Notes under the pieces: generated by a model
What the model saw: only the letters and a program-made list of their open reading frames with translations
Told to the model about the DNA's origin: nothing
Databases searched by the model: none
Assembly: GCF_030028105.1 (NCBI RefSeq)
Contig: NC_092380.1
Span: 52,263,717 to 52,327,716 of the forward strand
DNA from: Mobula birostris
Lineage: Eukaryota
Reading direction: 5' to 3'
Length of the DNA stretch: 64,000 bases
Shown here: piece by piece, positions 37,405 to 50,989 of the stretch
Position numbering within the stretch: the first letter of the stretch is position 1
Layout: every line of letters starts with the position of its first letter
Made by a program: the position numbers and the translations under genes

Positions 37405-39853
37405 CAAGGAAGGCGAACATGTATAAACGGGATGGTTTGCTGTTGCTGAACTAGCAGGCAACTAATATCCTTGCAGGAAGGTTTGCTAGTTACGCATGGG
37501 GTGGGAGCAGGGGGGTTCAACTAGAGTCACAGGGGAATGGTAACCAGAGTAGGTAGTGGAGTGGTTGTGAGGAAAGATGTTGTTAAGCCTACTTACAAAG
37601 TCACGAAAAGAAAGGATGAGTATGTTGGGACAAATGCTCTGAGTTTACAATGCTTCTGAGGCTATATAGGTTAAACTGAGAAATAAAGGGATGACCACAT
37701 TTCTGGGATTATATTATAGATCACCTGAGATTTGAGGAGAAAGGTCAATTTTGATTGAATCAGAAAGGACGTGGCACATGTGGATTGGGACAGGTTTTAT
37801 GACAAAGGTGCACTTGGTAAGTGTGAGACTTTCAAAAGTGAAAGTTTGAGAATACAGAGTTGGTATGTTCTTATTAGAATAAAAGGAAAAGATAACAGGT
37901 TTATGGGACTTTGGTTTTCAAGAGATACTGAGGCCTTATTTAAGGAGGATGAGGTACATAGCAAGTATAGGCAGGAAGTAACAAATGAGTATAAGAAATG
38001 CAAGAGAACAATTAAGGAAGAAATCAGGAAAACTAAAAGGCGGCATGAGTTCCTGTAGCAGACAAGGTGAAGCAGGATCACAGGGTTTCTATAGATATAT
38101 TAAGAGAAAAAGAATGCAAAATTGGTCCTCTAGAAGATCAGAGTGGTCATCTATGTGCAGAGCCAAAGGGAATGGGGGGGGGGGGCGGGGGGAGAGTCTT
38201 AATTTTTTTTTGCATCTGTATTTACTAAGGGTACAGACACAGAGCCTATAGAAGTGAGGCAAAGCAACAGTGAGGTAATGGACTATATACAGATTACAGA
38301 GGAGAAGGTGAATGCGGTCTTGAGGCAAATTAAGATGGATAAATCCCTAGGGCCTGACAATGTATTCCCTCATACACTGTGGGAGACTAGTGCAGAAATT
38401 ACAGGAGCCATAGTAAAGGTATTTAAGACATCCTTAGCCACAGGTGAGGTGCCGGACGATTGGAGGATAGCTAATGCTGTTCTGCTGTTTAACAAAGGCT
38501 CCAAGAATCAGCCAAGAAATTATAGCCCTGTGAGCCTGATGCCAGTAGTGAGTAAGTTATTGGAAGATATTTTAAGGGAGCAAATATATAAGTATTTGGA
38601 TAGATATGAACTAATTAGAGATTGTCAACATGGCTTTGTGTGGTAGGTGGTGTCTAACCAATCTTATAGAGTTTTCTGAGTAAGTTAACAAGATGGCCAA
38701 TGAAGGCAAGGCAGTAGATGTCATCTACTTGGACTTTAGCAAGGCCTTTGACAAGCTTCCACATGGGTCTTTGGTCAAGAAGTTTCAGTCATTCAAGGTG
38801 AGATGGTAAATTGGATTAGACATCGGCTTTGTGGGTGAAGCCAGAGAGTGATAGTACATGGTTGCCTCTCTGACTGGAGGCCTGTGACTAGTGGTGTGCT
38901 GCAGGGATCAATGCTGGGTCCAGTGTTGTTTGTCATCTATATCAATGATCTTGATAATAATGAGGTAAATTGGATCAGCAAGTTAGTGGATGACAAGATT
39001 GTGGGTGTGGTGGACAGTGGAGAAGACTATCAAAGCTTGCAGAAGGATCTGGACCAGCTGATAAATGGTCTGTAAAATGGCAGATGGAACTTAATGCAGA
39101 CAAATGTAAGATGTTGGGAGGACACAGTAAGTGTTAGGGCACTGTGGGATGTGGTAGAACAGAGAGGGCAGGGTACATAGATCCATAATTCCTTGAAAAT
39201 GATGTTACAACTAGGTAGGGTCGTTAAGAAAGTTCTCGGCACTCTGGCCTTCATACTGAGTACAGGAGTTGGGATGTTATGTTGAAATTGTACAAGACGT
39301 TGGTCTTGTAATTAAGAGTATTGTGTGCAGTTTTGGCCACCTACCTACAGGAAAGATGTCAATAAGATTGAAAGAGTGCAGAGGAAATTTATAAGGATGT
39401 TGTCAGAACTGGAGGACTCGAGTTATAGGGAAAGGATGAATAGGTTAGGAATTAATTCCTGAGAGTGTATAAGAATGAGGGGAGAGTTGATAGAGGTATA
39501 TGAAATTATGAGGGGTTTAGATAGGGTAAATGCAAACAGGCTTTTACCACTGAGGTTGGGTGAGACTAGAACTAGAGGTCATGGGTTAGGGGTGAAAGGT
39601 AAAATGTTTAAGGGGAGCATGAGGGGGAATGCCTTCACTTAGAGGGTGGTGAGAGTGCAACAAGCTGCCAGGGGAAGTGGTGGATGCAAGTTCGGTGTCA
39701 ACACTTAAGAGAAATTTGGACAGATACTTGGATGGGAAGGGTATGGAGGGCTATGGACCTGGAGTAGGTCAATGGGACTAGGCAGATTAATAGTTCAGTA
39801 CAGACTAGATGGGCCAAAGAGCCTGTTTCTGTGTTGTAGTGTTCCATGACTCT
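37405..39853 (+). mobile_element. CR1 LINE, 2.4-kb ORF2 remnant
   Basis: DKSLGPDNVFP, DWRIANAVLLFNKG, NYSPVSL, SGVLQGSMLGPVLFVIYINDLD; tail 'tttctgtgttgtagtgttccatgactcta'. Confidence 0.92.
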
Positions 39854-40519
39854 ATAAGTTTAATAATGTTAGCTTTCATATTTTAATATCAAGAATAAAA
39901 CATAAGGCCACATACCTGCTGAACCTCCCATTACTCTGAACTTTCCTCTCGAAAACAAGATTTCATTAAAAACCCATTCCTAGACTAAACTTTTGCTTAC
40001 TTATTCTGTCATAATGCAAGCGATTCCTTTTGTCTCCTGAAATACCTGCAGATTATTTCCTATGTTGAAACTTTCTGAAGAGCCAAGTTATTTTAACCAT
40101 CTTCAAAAGGCATCAATAAGCCATCTGCTGGGTTAATGAATTGTCAATATTTTTGCTTGTGGAAACGGTAAGTGGGGATTGTTTAAGCTTTGGCCAAATT
40201 ATTGTATAAGAATTTTACTGTGACACTGACAATATCTTGCATTTATGCACAACTTTCAAATGTTCCCCAAGTCACTTCATAAATGTATCATTGAACAAAA
40301 GTTCTTCATAAGTCACATAAGCAGAATAGATGGAGAGATAGATCTGGCAGGGTTATAGAGAGAATTACAGGATTTAGGGTGTCAGAATCTCAAAGTTCAG
40401 TTTTGAGTGGTGGTGTGATTCAAGTCAGTAACTTTTAAGGACACATAGTTGGAAGAGTGCAAACATCTGAAAGTTGGAGATTACTGAGAAAGACCATGCA
40501 ATGATATAATGCAACGCAA

Positions 40520-40845
40520 TGATGGCGTTATCATTTCAAAGAATCTGTCCTGGGTCCAGCGCATTAAGTGCCAACAAAAGCGGCACAACAGCGATTCTGC
40601 TTTCTTAGAAGTTTGCGAAGATTTAGAATGTCATTTAAAACTCTTGACAAACTTATATAGATGTGTGGTAGAGGGTAAACTGACTGGTTGCATCTTGGCC
40701 TAGTATGGAAACACCAGTGTTTTTGAATGGGAAAGCCCATAAAAAGAGGATACAGCCCAATCCATCACACATGAAGCTCTCCCCAGTAGTCAGCACATCT
40801 CCAAGGAGCACTGTTTCAGGAAAGCAGCATCCATCATTAACAGGC
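40520..40845 (+). mobile_element. Rex1/Babar-type fragment
   Basis: LLTNLYRCVVEGKLTGCILA motif. Confidence 0.7.
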
Positions 40846-40919
40846 ATAGACATGTTTACTTCATAGTATTTTCACTATGCTAAATATAGTTATTACAATG
40901 TACAAACTACCTGACATTA

Positions 40920-41625
40920 AGATGCAAGACAAAGGAGCAGAAGTAGGCCATTTAGCCTGCTCAGCCATCTGATCATGGCTGCTTTATTTCTTTTTCTTCT
41001 CAACCCCATTCTTCTGCCTTCTCCCTATAACCTTTGATAACCTTCCAAATCAAGAACCCATCAACCTCCACTTTAAATACACTCAATGACATGGCCTCCA
41101 CAACTCTCTGTGGCAATGAATTCCACAGTTACATCACCTTCTGGGTAAAAAAATCTTCCTAATCTCTGTTTTAAAGGGCTATCCTCCTATCCTGAAACTG
41201 TGCCTTCTGGTCTTAGACTCTCTTGCTATTGGAAATATGCTGATGCACTGTGCTGCCCATCATCACCAGGACTACATCCACTCTATCTAAGCCTTTTTGG
41301 ACCCTCTCCAATGCTGGCACATCCTTTCTTAGATGTAAGACCCAAAACAGTCCACAATACCACAAATGTACTCTGACCGATACCTTATCAATTCTTGACA
41401 TTACATCTTACTTTTATATTCTAGTCCTCTGGAAATAACTTCTAACATTGCATTTTCCTTCCTTACTACTGACCCAACCAGCAATTTAACTTTTAGGGAC
41501 CCCTGCGCTAAAACTATCCAGTCCCTTTGCACCTCTGATTTCTGAATTTGCTCCCATTTAAAAAATAATCTAGACCTTTATTCCTTCTATCGAAGTACAT
41601 GAGCATACATTTCCCTATACTGTTT
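40920..41625 (-). mobile_element. CR1 3' portion
   Basis: Tail 'aaggagcagaagtaggccatttagcc'; minus ORF LRKDVPALERVQKG. Confidence 0.82.
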
Positions 41626-42319
41626 ATATAATTCTTGACACCCTATTTGCAAACTTGCAATAACTTAAGAATCAATCTTTTAAAGTCTGCACCAACTCAG
41701 ATTCAAAAAGTGATCATGGATGAGAATGAAAGGCAAACCTTTAACTTGATCAGTTCATAAAGTAATACCTGCTCTGCTAAACTACTATGATCTTCAGTCC
41801 TCTCCTGTTCAGAATTTACATAGATCACATCTCCAGTGCTGCATTTGTTGAAGCATTAGTTAGGCAGTGCAAATGTACACGGCACTATTATATTCAACAG
41901 TGGGTACTTATGAATTTTAATGATTTTTAACAATTCTAAATCCTTGCTTTGGTAAACAATCCTCAGATTAATGTTTTTAATAGCACTCATTAGTCTCCAT
42001 GGTTTCCACTATTTAAAAGAACTCTTAAGGGAAGTGAATCATGCCTTCAATTTGCATATTTTGCTGATCAAATGCTGTTGGGTGCATTATATACTCTGTA
42101 TTTTGCCCAGTGATACTATTTTCCTCAAATACAAAATAACAAACAGTATTTAATAAAATATTAACCTTTTGATAGCTGAAGTTGAATACAGGCCTTTTGT
42201 TTATATGGACAAACAATGAATCATCTAATATATTCATTGTCACCAATGCATTTATCAGTTCAGCTGCTCACATTTCATTAAGAGTTTGAGGAGATTTTGT
42301 TTATCACCAAAATCACTCA

Positions 42320-42836
42320 AGAGACTTCTACAAATGTACCACGGAGAGCATTCTGTCTGGCTGCATCATTGTATGGTATGGTGGGGAGGCGGCTACTGCA
42401 CAGGATTGAAGTAAACTGCAGGGAGTTGTAAAATTAGTCAGCTCCATCATGGCCACTAGCCTCTGTAGGATCCAAGACATCGTCAAGGAGCGGTGCCTCA
42501 GAAAGGCGCTGTCTATTATTAAGGACACCCACCACCCAGGAAATGTCCTCTTCTTATTGTTACCATCAGGAATGAGGTACAGAAGCCTGAAGGCACACAC
42601 TCAGCAATTCCGGAATAGCTTCTTCCCTGCTGCCAACCGATTTTTAAATTGACATTGAACCCATGAACACTACCACACTATTTTTTAATTGATGTTTTTG
42701 CACTACTTAATTTTAACTATTTAATATACTGTAATTCAGGTTTTTTCCCTACATTTATCATGTATTGCACTGTACTGCTGTGGCAACGTTAACAAATTTC
42801 ACAACATATGCCGGTGATATTAAACCTGATTCTGAT
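42320..42836 (+). mobile_element. Rex1/Babar-type LINE 3' end (same subfamily as 28903-30020, opposite strand)
   Basis: ERCLRKALSIIKD...LLPSGMRYRSLKAHT; tail gccggtgatattaaacctgattctga. Confidence 0.9.
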
Positions 42837-44055
42837 TTATTAACATGACACAATCTTTTGCCAACTTTATCAATTTACTGTGCTAACTCTGCAAATACAA
42901 ATGACCAAAGCATTAGGATTCCTAGTGTGCTCACTGGGATAAAACAAAAACATCTAAGACGAATCTAGACATACTTACACAAAGCCTGGCCTGTCTTCCC
43001 TTTCTCTATCACATCTGTTCATCTAACGTGAGCAAAATTAATCAAAATTTTCCTTATTTCTTTGTAACAGTTGAAATTGAGTAAGTTGGTTAGCTTCAAA
43101 ATCTATTCTTCAAATAATGCTAATAGGGAGGGAGGGCCTGAGCTATACAACAGTGTTTAATTATTCTGCAACTGGAATCCAATCAAAATAATACAAACAC
43201 AGCTAAAATTGCCAGGAAAAAGTGATACCTTGTGTTTCTCATGCTCATTTTGACTGTGGCTCATTAGTTTTTATAGCAACCAGCAGGAAAGCCAGCATCA
43301 AACAACTGATTAAAACAGTATTTGGCTTTTGCATCGAAGAACTGTTTGGGAAGGATAGTGCCAAACTCCTTGATTTTCAGTCTGGGAGGCATGGCAGAGT
43401 TAGAAGGAGATGCAGTAATATAAATTAATATTGTCATTTAATGCTTGAAATTAGTGCGGTTATTTTGAAGGGGCGCAGGATGGCATGGGATGTAAAAAAA
43501 ATAAATCTTGCAGAAGTGGGCATAGCAAAAAAAATGCTTGCTAACAATTCATATTATTGGTGAGCCCATCACTATAACCATGAGAGGAGTGAGTCACATT
43601 AGATGCTTCAAAACCATGTGTTCTTTTGAGCAACCCTGATGCAAACAAGCATGAGCAGTATGCTTTGGTTCCAACCATACTGCCTTTGATCAGTTTCCAT
43701 GACAAAGTCTGCAGCACGGTAATACATTTTGACCCTCAAATGTACTGGAGTTCACCACTGAAACACTTCAGCCAGTTACACTCAATTCCATCTTGGCCAA
43801 TTTGCACCTCAAATTCAACTGCTTGCTATGGAGTTCTTTGTCCTTCAATAATATATTTAACAAAAACCTTGCAATTTAATTTGAAATTTTAAGCAAGAAG
43901 GTTTGTTTTCTTGATTGTGGGTGGATGGAAATGGAGAGATAAATTTTCACTTGCACACTCTGAATAGCACATTTCAATTCGGTCCTGTTTCCTTGCTGTG
44001 GACTTGCCATAGGAGGAAAAAAAATATACTATTGATTTTGATTTTTAATTTATTT

Positions 44056-44342
44056 AGAGATACAGCTGACAGTAAGCCTTTCTGATCCTTTGAGCCACAC
44101 CACTCCAGCAACACAACAATCCGATTTAGTTCTAACCTAATCACCTGATAATTTACAACGGCCAATTAACCTACCCAATATGTCTTTGACCATGGGAGGA
44201 AACTGAAGCACCTTGAGGAAACCTGTGCAATCCACAGGGAGGGCGTACAGAGACTTCCTACGCAGGACGCTGGGAATGAACTCCGAACACTGACCCCCGA
44301 GCTGTAAAAGCACTGTGTTAACCACTACGCTACCACGGCACC
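44056..44342 (-). mobile_element. HE1/HER1-like tRNA-derived V-SINE
   Basis: V-domain-like 'gggaggaaactgaagcaccttgaggaaacc' and reverse-strand tRNA-like head 'aaccactacgctacc'. Confidence 0.75.
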
Positions 44343-45261
44343 TTTACAATACTCTTTTTATCATCTTAAGCACCTCAATTACATGCTCTGTACTCAAGAA
44401 ACAAACTGTGAATGAGAATTCAAATTTCTTTATTATTCCAGTAACTCCATGCTGTATTCCCTCTAAGGCCATTTTACACGCACCTGCTGCAGTAACTACA
44501 ACTGTAAACAATATTGAAGATATCAACTAATCAGAACATGAATGAGCTTTGCATCTTCCACCCACACATACCACTGGTGTAATAAGTGGCATGCTTTAAA
44601 GGTACAACATGTATGTCCTCTGATAAGTCAGGTAGTTACTGACACATCAACCATTGGTATATGCAACTCGCCTTCCACTCTGATATGACTTTGCTCTTTC
44701 AGCTAATATGCCTGAAATAAACTTAAATCTCACTTCTCTGTCTTGGATCATGCACTTAGCATCTAAAACCAGCTATCATCAACAAAATGAAGAGCACTTT
44801 TTTGGTATAGCAGTCACTTAGAAGCACAATAGATTAGGAAAAGGGAAGGACGGATCAATCAGCAAAATTTCAATAAAATTAATCCACTGCAATCAACATT
44901 CTTTAGTCAAAACCCGCTGCTCAGTAGGTGCTGAGAACAGATATCTAGTGCAAAATCAATAGCATTAGCAAGGCAGGAATGTGGAATTTGTAAACACACC
45001 GAAGGATGGTGGGCAGCTGATCTCAATTTACGACTGGTATCACCCTGTATTAATATCCACTTTTATCAGTTGTTTTGTTGCACTGAGTAGGCATGAAAAG
45101 TAAATACAAAGCACCATAATTACAGATGATTCTTTCAAATTTTATATGATTGCAAACAATTCTAACTAACTAAAAGTAGCAGAAAGTGTGTCCTCAATTT
45201 GTAGAAGTTAATAACTTTATTGTCACAGTTACATGATGTATGATACCTGTAATACCTTCTC

Positions 45262-46000
45262 AAAGTTCAAAGTAAGTGTATTATCAAAGTACATATATGC
45301 CACCATATATCACCTTGAAATTCATTTTCTTGTAAACAATCACAGTAAATAGAAAGAAACACAATAGAAACAATAAAAAGCTGCACATGATAGAGGTGGA
45401 CAAACTTTCAATGTGCAAAAGACAACAAACTGTGCAACTACAAAATGAAAAAACATATAATAATAATAAAAATAAGCCATAAATATTCAGAACACAAGTT
45501 GCAGAGTCTTTAAAAGTAAGTCTGTAAGTTGTGGAATCATTTCAAATGTTGGGGTGATTGAAATTTTCCACCCTGGTTCAAGAACCTGATAGTTGAGGGG
45601 TTCCTGAACCTGGTGGTGTGGGCTTGAGACTTCCTGGTGGAAGAGATCATGGTCTGGATAGTGACGGTCATTGATGATGGATGCTGCATTTCTGTGACAG
45701 CGCTCCTTATAAATGTGCTCAATGATGGGGACGGCCTTACTTGTGATGGACAGTATCCACTACTTTTTGTAGTGTTTTTTTTCATTCAAGGGCTTTGTCG
45801 TTTCCATACTAGGCCATGATGCAATCAGTCAGTATACTTCCACCACCTACAGAAGTTTGTCGAAGTTTTAGATGACATGCTGAATCTGTGCAAACTCCAA
45901 AGAAAGTAGAAGAACTACAGTGCCTTGTTTGTAATGGCAATTACATGCTGGACCCAAGATAGATACTCTGAAATGACAACACTGAGGAATTTAACATTGT
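45262..46000 (-). mobile_element. Rex1/Babar-type LINE 3' end
   Basis: Tail 'aaagttcaaagtaagtgtattatcaaagtacatatatg' and decayed coding end. Confidence 0.8.
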
Positions 46001-46209
46001 TCTGGGGCACAAAGTGAAGGATACACCTGCTGTCTTTTGTACAGTCTCAATAAAATGGATTAGGTAATGTACACACAATTAATTATGTCATTATTATGTG
46101 GAAAACAGGGTTAATATAACCTTTGTGCTTTAAAGTAACTTAAATTATGTTACGCTGTTAAGTTTAGTTAGATATTAGTAAGATTTCAGAGTCAGTATGT
46201 CCCTGTAAC

Positions 46210-46345
46210 GCCAGCTGGTGGCGTAGTGGCATCAGCGCCGGACTTCGGAGCGAAGGTTCGCAGGTTCGAACCCAGCTGGCTCCCCAGGCATGCTTTCCAT
46301 TGTGCTGGGTTGAGTGTTGAGCTAGCAACTCAGCCTCGTAAAAAA
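46210..46345 (+). mobile_element. Short tRNA-derived SINE (Pol III A and B boxes)
   Basis: A box TGGCGTAGTGG (from 46219), B box GGTTCGAACCC (from 46263), ends 'gctagcaactcagcctcgtaaaaaa'. The acceptor stem does not pair in tRNA register. Confidence 0.7.
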
Positions 46346-46463
46346 GTAATTGCCTTCTACAGAAATATTAACAGCAAAAAAGTTGATGGCCTATGCTCCC
46401 TGTGAGCTTAAAAAAGGCAATGATGGCAAGGTTCAACTCTAGTTAATGAAAATTAGGTTAGAA

Positions 46464-48056
46464 GATTAACTTTATTTGTCACACATACATTGAAATATAG
46501 TGGTGCTAGAAAGTTTGGGAACCCTGTAAAATTTTCTCTATATCTACATAAATATGGCCTAAAATGTGATCAGATCTTCATACAAGTCCAAAAACTAGAT
46601 AAAGAGAACTCAATTAAATAAATAACACTAAAAAAAGTATGTGAACCTTTGCTTCTAGTAACTGGTGTGACACCCTCGTACAGCAATGACTTCAACCAAA
46701 CTTTTCCGGTAATTGTTGATCCTGCACATCGTCTTGGAGGAATTTTAGGCCATTCCTCCTTACAACACTGCTTCAACTCAGGGACACTGGTGGATTTCCT
46801 TGCATGATCTGCTTGCTTCAGGTCCTTCCACAACATTTCTATAGGATTAAGGTCAGGATTTTGACTTGGTCATTCCAAAACTCAAAATTTCTTCTTTTTA
46901 AACCATTCTGTTGTTAGTTTACTTGTCTTTCAGACCATTGTCTCGTTGCATTATCCAACTTCTATTAAGCTTCAGCAAATGGACAGATACCCTGACAATC
47001 TCCTATAAAATGTCTTAATACAATTTTGAATTCATTGTTCCCTCAATGATTGCAAGTTGTCCAGGCCCTGAGGCAGCAAAGCAGCCCCAAACTATGATGC
47101 TCCTTCCAGCATACTTCAGTTAGGATGAGGTTTTGGTGTTGGAGTGCAGTGCCCTTTTTCCTCCAAACATAGAAATGTTCATTTTTGCCAAAAAGTTCAA
47201 CTTATGCTGTTACCCTTGGGTTCTTTTTCACCTCCTTTAGCATTGCACATTGCACTCTTGGTGTGAACTTTGCAGGATGCCCACTCCGAGGCAGAGTGGC
47301 AACAGCACTGAGTTTCCTCCATTTGTAGACAATTTCTCTTACTGTGGTCTGATGAACACTCAGGTCTTTAGAAATGCTTTTGTAGCCTTTTCCCGCTTCA
47401 TGCATCTCTACAATTCTTCTCCTAAGGTCCTCTGAAAGTTGTTTTGTTCAAGGCATGGTGCACATAAACAGATCTTTCTTGAGAAGAGCAGGCTCTGACT
47501 TTATGTGTCTTTTTTATAGGGCAGGGCACCTCTACAACCCACACGTCCAATCTCATCTCTTTTGTTTGGAACACCTGACTTCAAATAGCTTTTGTAGAAT
47601 GCAATACCGCAGCAGTTCACATACTTTTTCCCAAAAATACATGTAATATTGGATCTTCTTTCTCAATAAGTAAATGAACAAGTATAACGTTTGGACTTAT
47701 GTGAAGATCTGATCACATTTTAGGTCATATTCATTTAGAAATAGGGAAAATTCTACAGGGCTCACAAACTTTCCAGTACCACTGTGTACAGTGAAATGCA
47801 CCATCTGTGTCATCATTTGTGATGTGTTGGGGGCAGTCCACAAGTGTTGCCATCATAGCATTGCCCACAACTTACCAACCCTAACCCATATGCCTTTTTG
47901 GAATTTGGGAAGAAACTGGAGAACCCAGAGGAAACCCACAATGTCATGGGGAGAACACACAAACTCCATACAGACAGCAGTAAGAATTGAACCCCGATCT
48001 TTAGATTGGTGGTGCCGTGAAGCATTACATTAAGAGCTACACTAGCATGCCACCCT
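46464..48056 (-). mobile_element. V-SINE (HE1-like) split by a Tc1 insertion
   Basis: Tail 'aactttatttgtcacacatacattgaaa' before the Tc1. After it: 'cagtgaaatg...ggaaacccacaatgtcatggggagaacacacaaactccatacagacag' (V domain). Confidence 0.7.
46498..47784 (-). mobile_element. Internally deleted Tc1 transposon
   Basis: TIRs tagtggtgctagaaagtttg... / ...caaactttccagtaccactg. Minus ORFs HEAGKGYKSISKDL..TVREIVYKWRK..TLPRSGHPAKFTPR and LWKDLKQA..ELKQCCKEEWPKIPP. Confidence 0.92.
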
Positions 48057-48059
48057 GAT

Positions 48060-50666
48060 TATTGAAGGTTTGCCCTTCAATCCCCTCAAAACTAATCAAT
48101 AATCTTCAAGACATAGGTCTCGAAACCTTCTTGTGTAAATGGACCCTTGATTTCCTCCCTTGCAGACCCCAGTCAGTATAGATTGGCAACAAGATCTCCT
48201 CCATAATCACCATCAGCATAGGTTCACAAGGCTGTGTGTTTCGCCCCCTGCTTTGCTCACTTGAAAGTGAGGCTATCGCAGCTCCAACACTACATTTAAG
48301 TTTGCCAATGACACCACTGCTGTTGGCTGAATAAAAGCTAGCCACAAATTGGCATAAAGGAGCAAGATTGAAAATTTGGTTGAGTGATGCTACAACAACC
48401 ACCTCTCACTGAACATCAGCAAAACCAAAGAGCTGAAGGAAGAAATCGGGGGTCCATAAGCCAGTGCTCATTAGGGGATCAGAGGAGGTTGTTAGTAACT
48501 TTAACTTCCGGGGTGTTATCTCATCAGAGGATCTGTCCTGGGGTTAGCAAACAAGTGCCATTTCAAAGAAAGCACAGCAGCACCTCTAACTTTCTTAGAA
48601 GTTTGCACAGATTCAGCATGTCATCTAAAACTCTGGCAAACTTCTATAGATGCATGATGGAGAATATCTAGACTGGCCTGGTATGGAAACACCAGTGCCC
48701 AAGAACAGAAAACCCTCCAAAAAGTGGTGGATATAGCCCAGTTCATCACAGGAAAAGCCCTCCTCACCACTGGGAACATGTATGAAGAGTACTGCCACAT
48801 GAAAGCAACATCCATTGTCAAGCACCCCCACCATCCAGGTCACGCTCTCTTCAAGCTGCTACCATCAGGAAGGAGGTGCAGGAGCCTTCGGTCCTATACC
48901 AGGTTCAGGAACAGTTATTACCTTTCAAACTTCAGGCTCCTGAACCAATATGGGCAACTACTCTCACTGCAATCACTGAACACCTACAGAAGGCCTTTGA
49001 GAGAGCAAAAAAGCAATTCCATGAGAAGTTAGAGATGGAATCGGATGCATGACTGCTGAGGCAGAGTTTGCAGGCTATTACTTCCTTCACTGGCCAATGA
49101 GCCCAATGCCTTTTATGCAGCCTTTGAAAGGGAGAATTCACACCTGTGCAAATCTTCACAGCATCTGGTAAACCTGTGATGTTTTCTTCAGAGTCTATCA
49201 TCACAACATTTTTCAAGAGGGTGAAACAACACAAGGCATCAAGCCTTGATGACGTACCTGAAAACCCATGTCAACCAACTGGCTGGAGTATTCAAGCACA
49301 TCTTCAAACTCTCACTGATGCAGTCAGATGTTCCCACCTACTTCAAAAGGGAGTCAATCATACCAGTACCCAACAGCAGGGTGAATTGACTCAACAACTA
49401 CCACTTGGTAGCACTCATATCTACTGTGATGAAGTACTTTGAGAGGTTGGTCATGACTAGACTTAACTCTAGTCTCAGCAAGGACCTGGACTTGTTGCAA
49501 TTTGCCTGCTGGTGCAACAAGTCTACAACAGATACAATCTCACTGGTTCTCCACTCAGCTTTGGAGCACATGGGATCAGCAATATACACATCAGGATGCT
49601 GTTTATCGATTACAGTTCAGCATTCAACACTAAGATCACCTCAATACTAATCAACAAGCTTCAGAACCTGGGCCTCTGTACCTCCCTCTGTAACTGGATT
49701 TTTGACTTCCTCATCAATGAATCACAGTCAGTTGAGATCAGAAATAAATCTCCTCCTCGCTGATAACACAAGAGCTACCTCAAAGGTGTGTGACTGACTT
49801 ACTGCTCTACTCTCTCTACACTCATGGCTAGGCACAGCTGAAATGCCATCTATTCATTCGCTGATGACACCACTATTGTTGGCAGAATCTTAAACGACAA
49901 TAAGGAAATGTACAGGAGCAAAATAGACCAAGCTAATTGAGTGGTATCGTGACAACAACCTTACACTCAACGTCAGCAAGACCAAGGAATTGATTGTGAA
50001 CTTTAGCAAGGGGAAGTCAAGAGAATACACACACCAATTTCATTTTAGGGTCAGCTTTGGAAAGGGTGAGCAACTTCAAGTCCATGGGTATCAACACCTC
50101 AGAGGATTTATCCTCAGCTCAACATATTAATGTGATCACAAAGGCAGCACACCAGCAGCTATACTTCATTATGAGTTTGAGGAGATCTGGAATGTCACCA
50201 AAAACCCCAGCAAATTTCTACAGATGTACTGTGGAGAGCATTCTGATTGGTTGCATCACCATCTGGTATACAGCCTTCAATGCACAGCATCAAAAGAAGC
50301 TGCAGAAGGTTGTAGATTCAGCCAGCTCATTCACAGGCACAACTCTCCCTACCAGTGAGAACATCTGCCAAAGGCAATGACTCAAGGTGGCATCCAATCC
50401 TCACCATCTGGGACGTGCCCTCTTCTCATTACTACCATCAGGGGCCTAAGGACACAACTCAATGTTTTAGGAACACCTTCTACCCCCTTCTACACCAGAT
50501 TTCAGAACGGTCCATCAACACATGAACACTATCTCACTATTCCTCTTTAGCATTACTTATTTATTTATTGTAACCTATAGTTTTTTTTTAAGTCCTTGCA
50601 CTGTAATGCTGCCATAAAACAAATTCCAGAATATTTGTCAGTGATGATAAACCTGACTCTGATTCT
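48060..50666 (+). mobile_element. Two tandem Rex1/Babar-type LINE remnants (junction near 48960)
   Basis: LANFYRCMMENI, LLPSGRRCRSL; then [49 protein letters not shown]; tail tgataaacctgactctgattctg. Confidence 0.9.
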
Positions 50667-50989
50667 GGTGATCCTTGCATTAGTGAAAAGGAAGCTGTGT
50701 GACTAGATTTATGTTCATTTTGAAAGGCAGGGCCAGCAGAAGAGCTCAGCAGACTTTTTTGCAGGGGAGATCACATATCTCAGAATGTTTGGTATTTTTG
50801 AGGAGGTAACAGAAGAGACTGATGAAGGTATGGTGGTAGATGCTGTCCATGTGGATTAACGATTATGGGATCTGAGCCATTTTGGCAAACTGGATTCAAA
50901 ATTTCTGGATGATTAAGAAATTAGTAATAGGTGGGTATTTCTTCACTGTAACAAATGTTGTGTTGCAGGGATCAATCCCAGTTTGTAAT

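Noticed and set aside
46212-46285. tRNA gene
   Set aside because: A and B boxes are present but the acceptor and anticodon stems do not pair; it is a SINE head. The same applies to 61053-61125.
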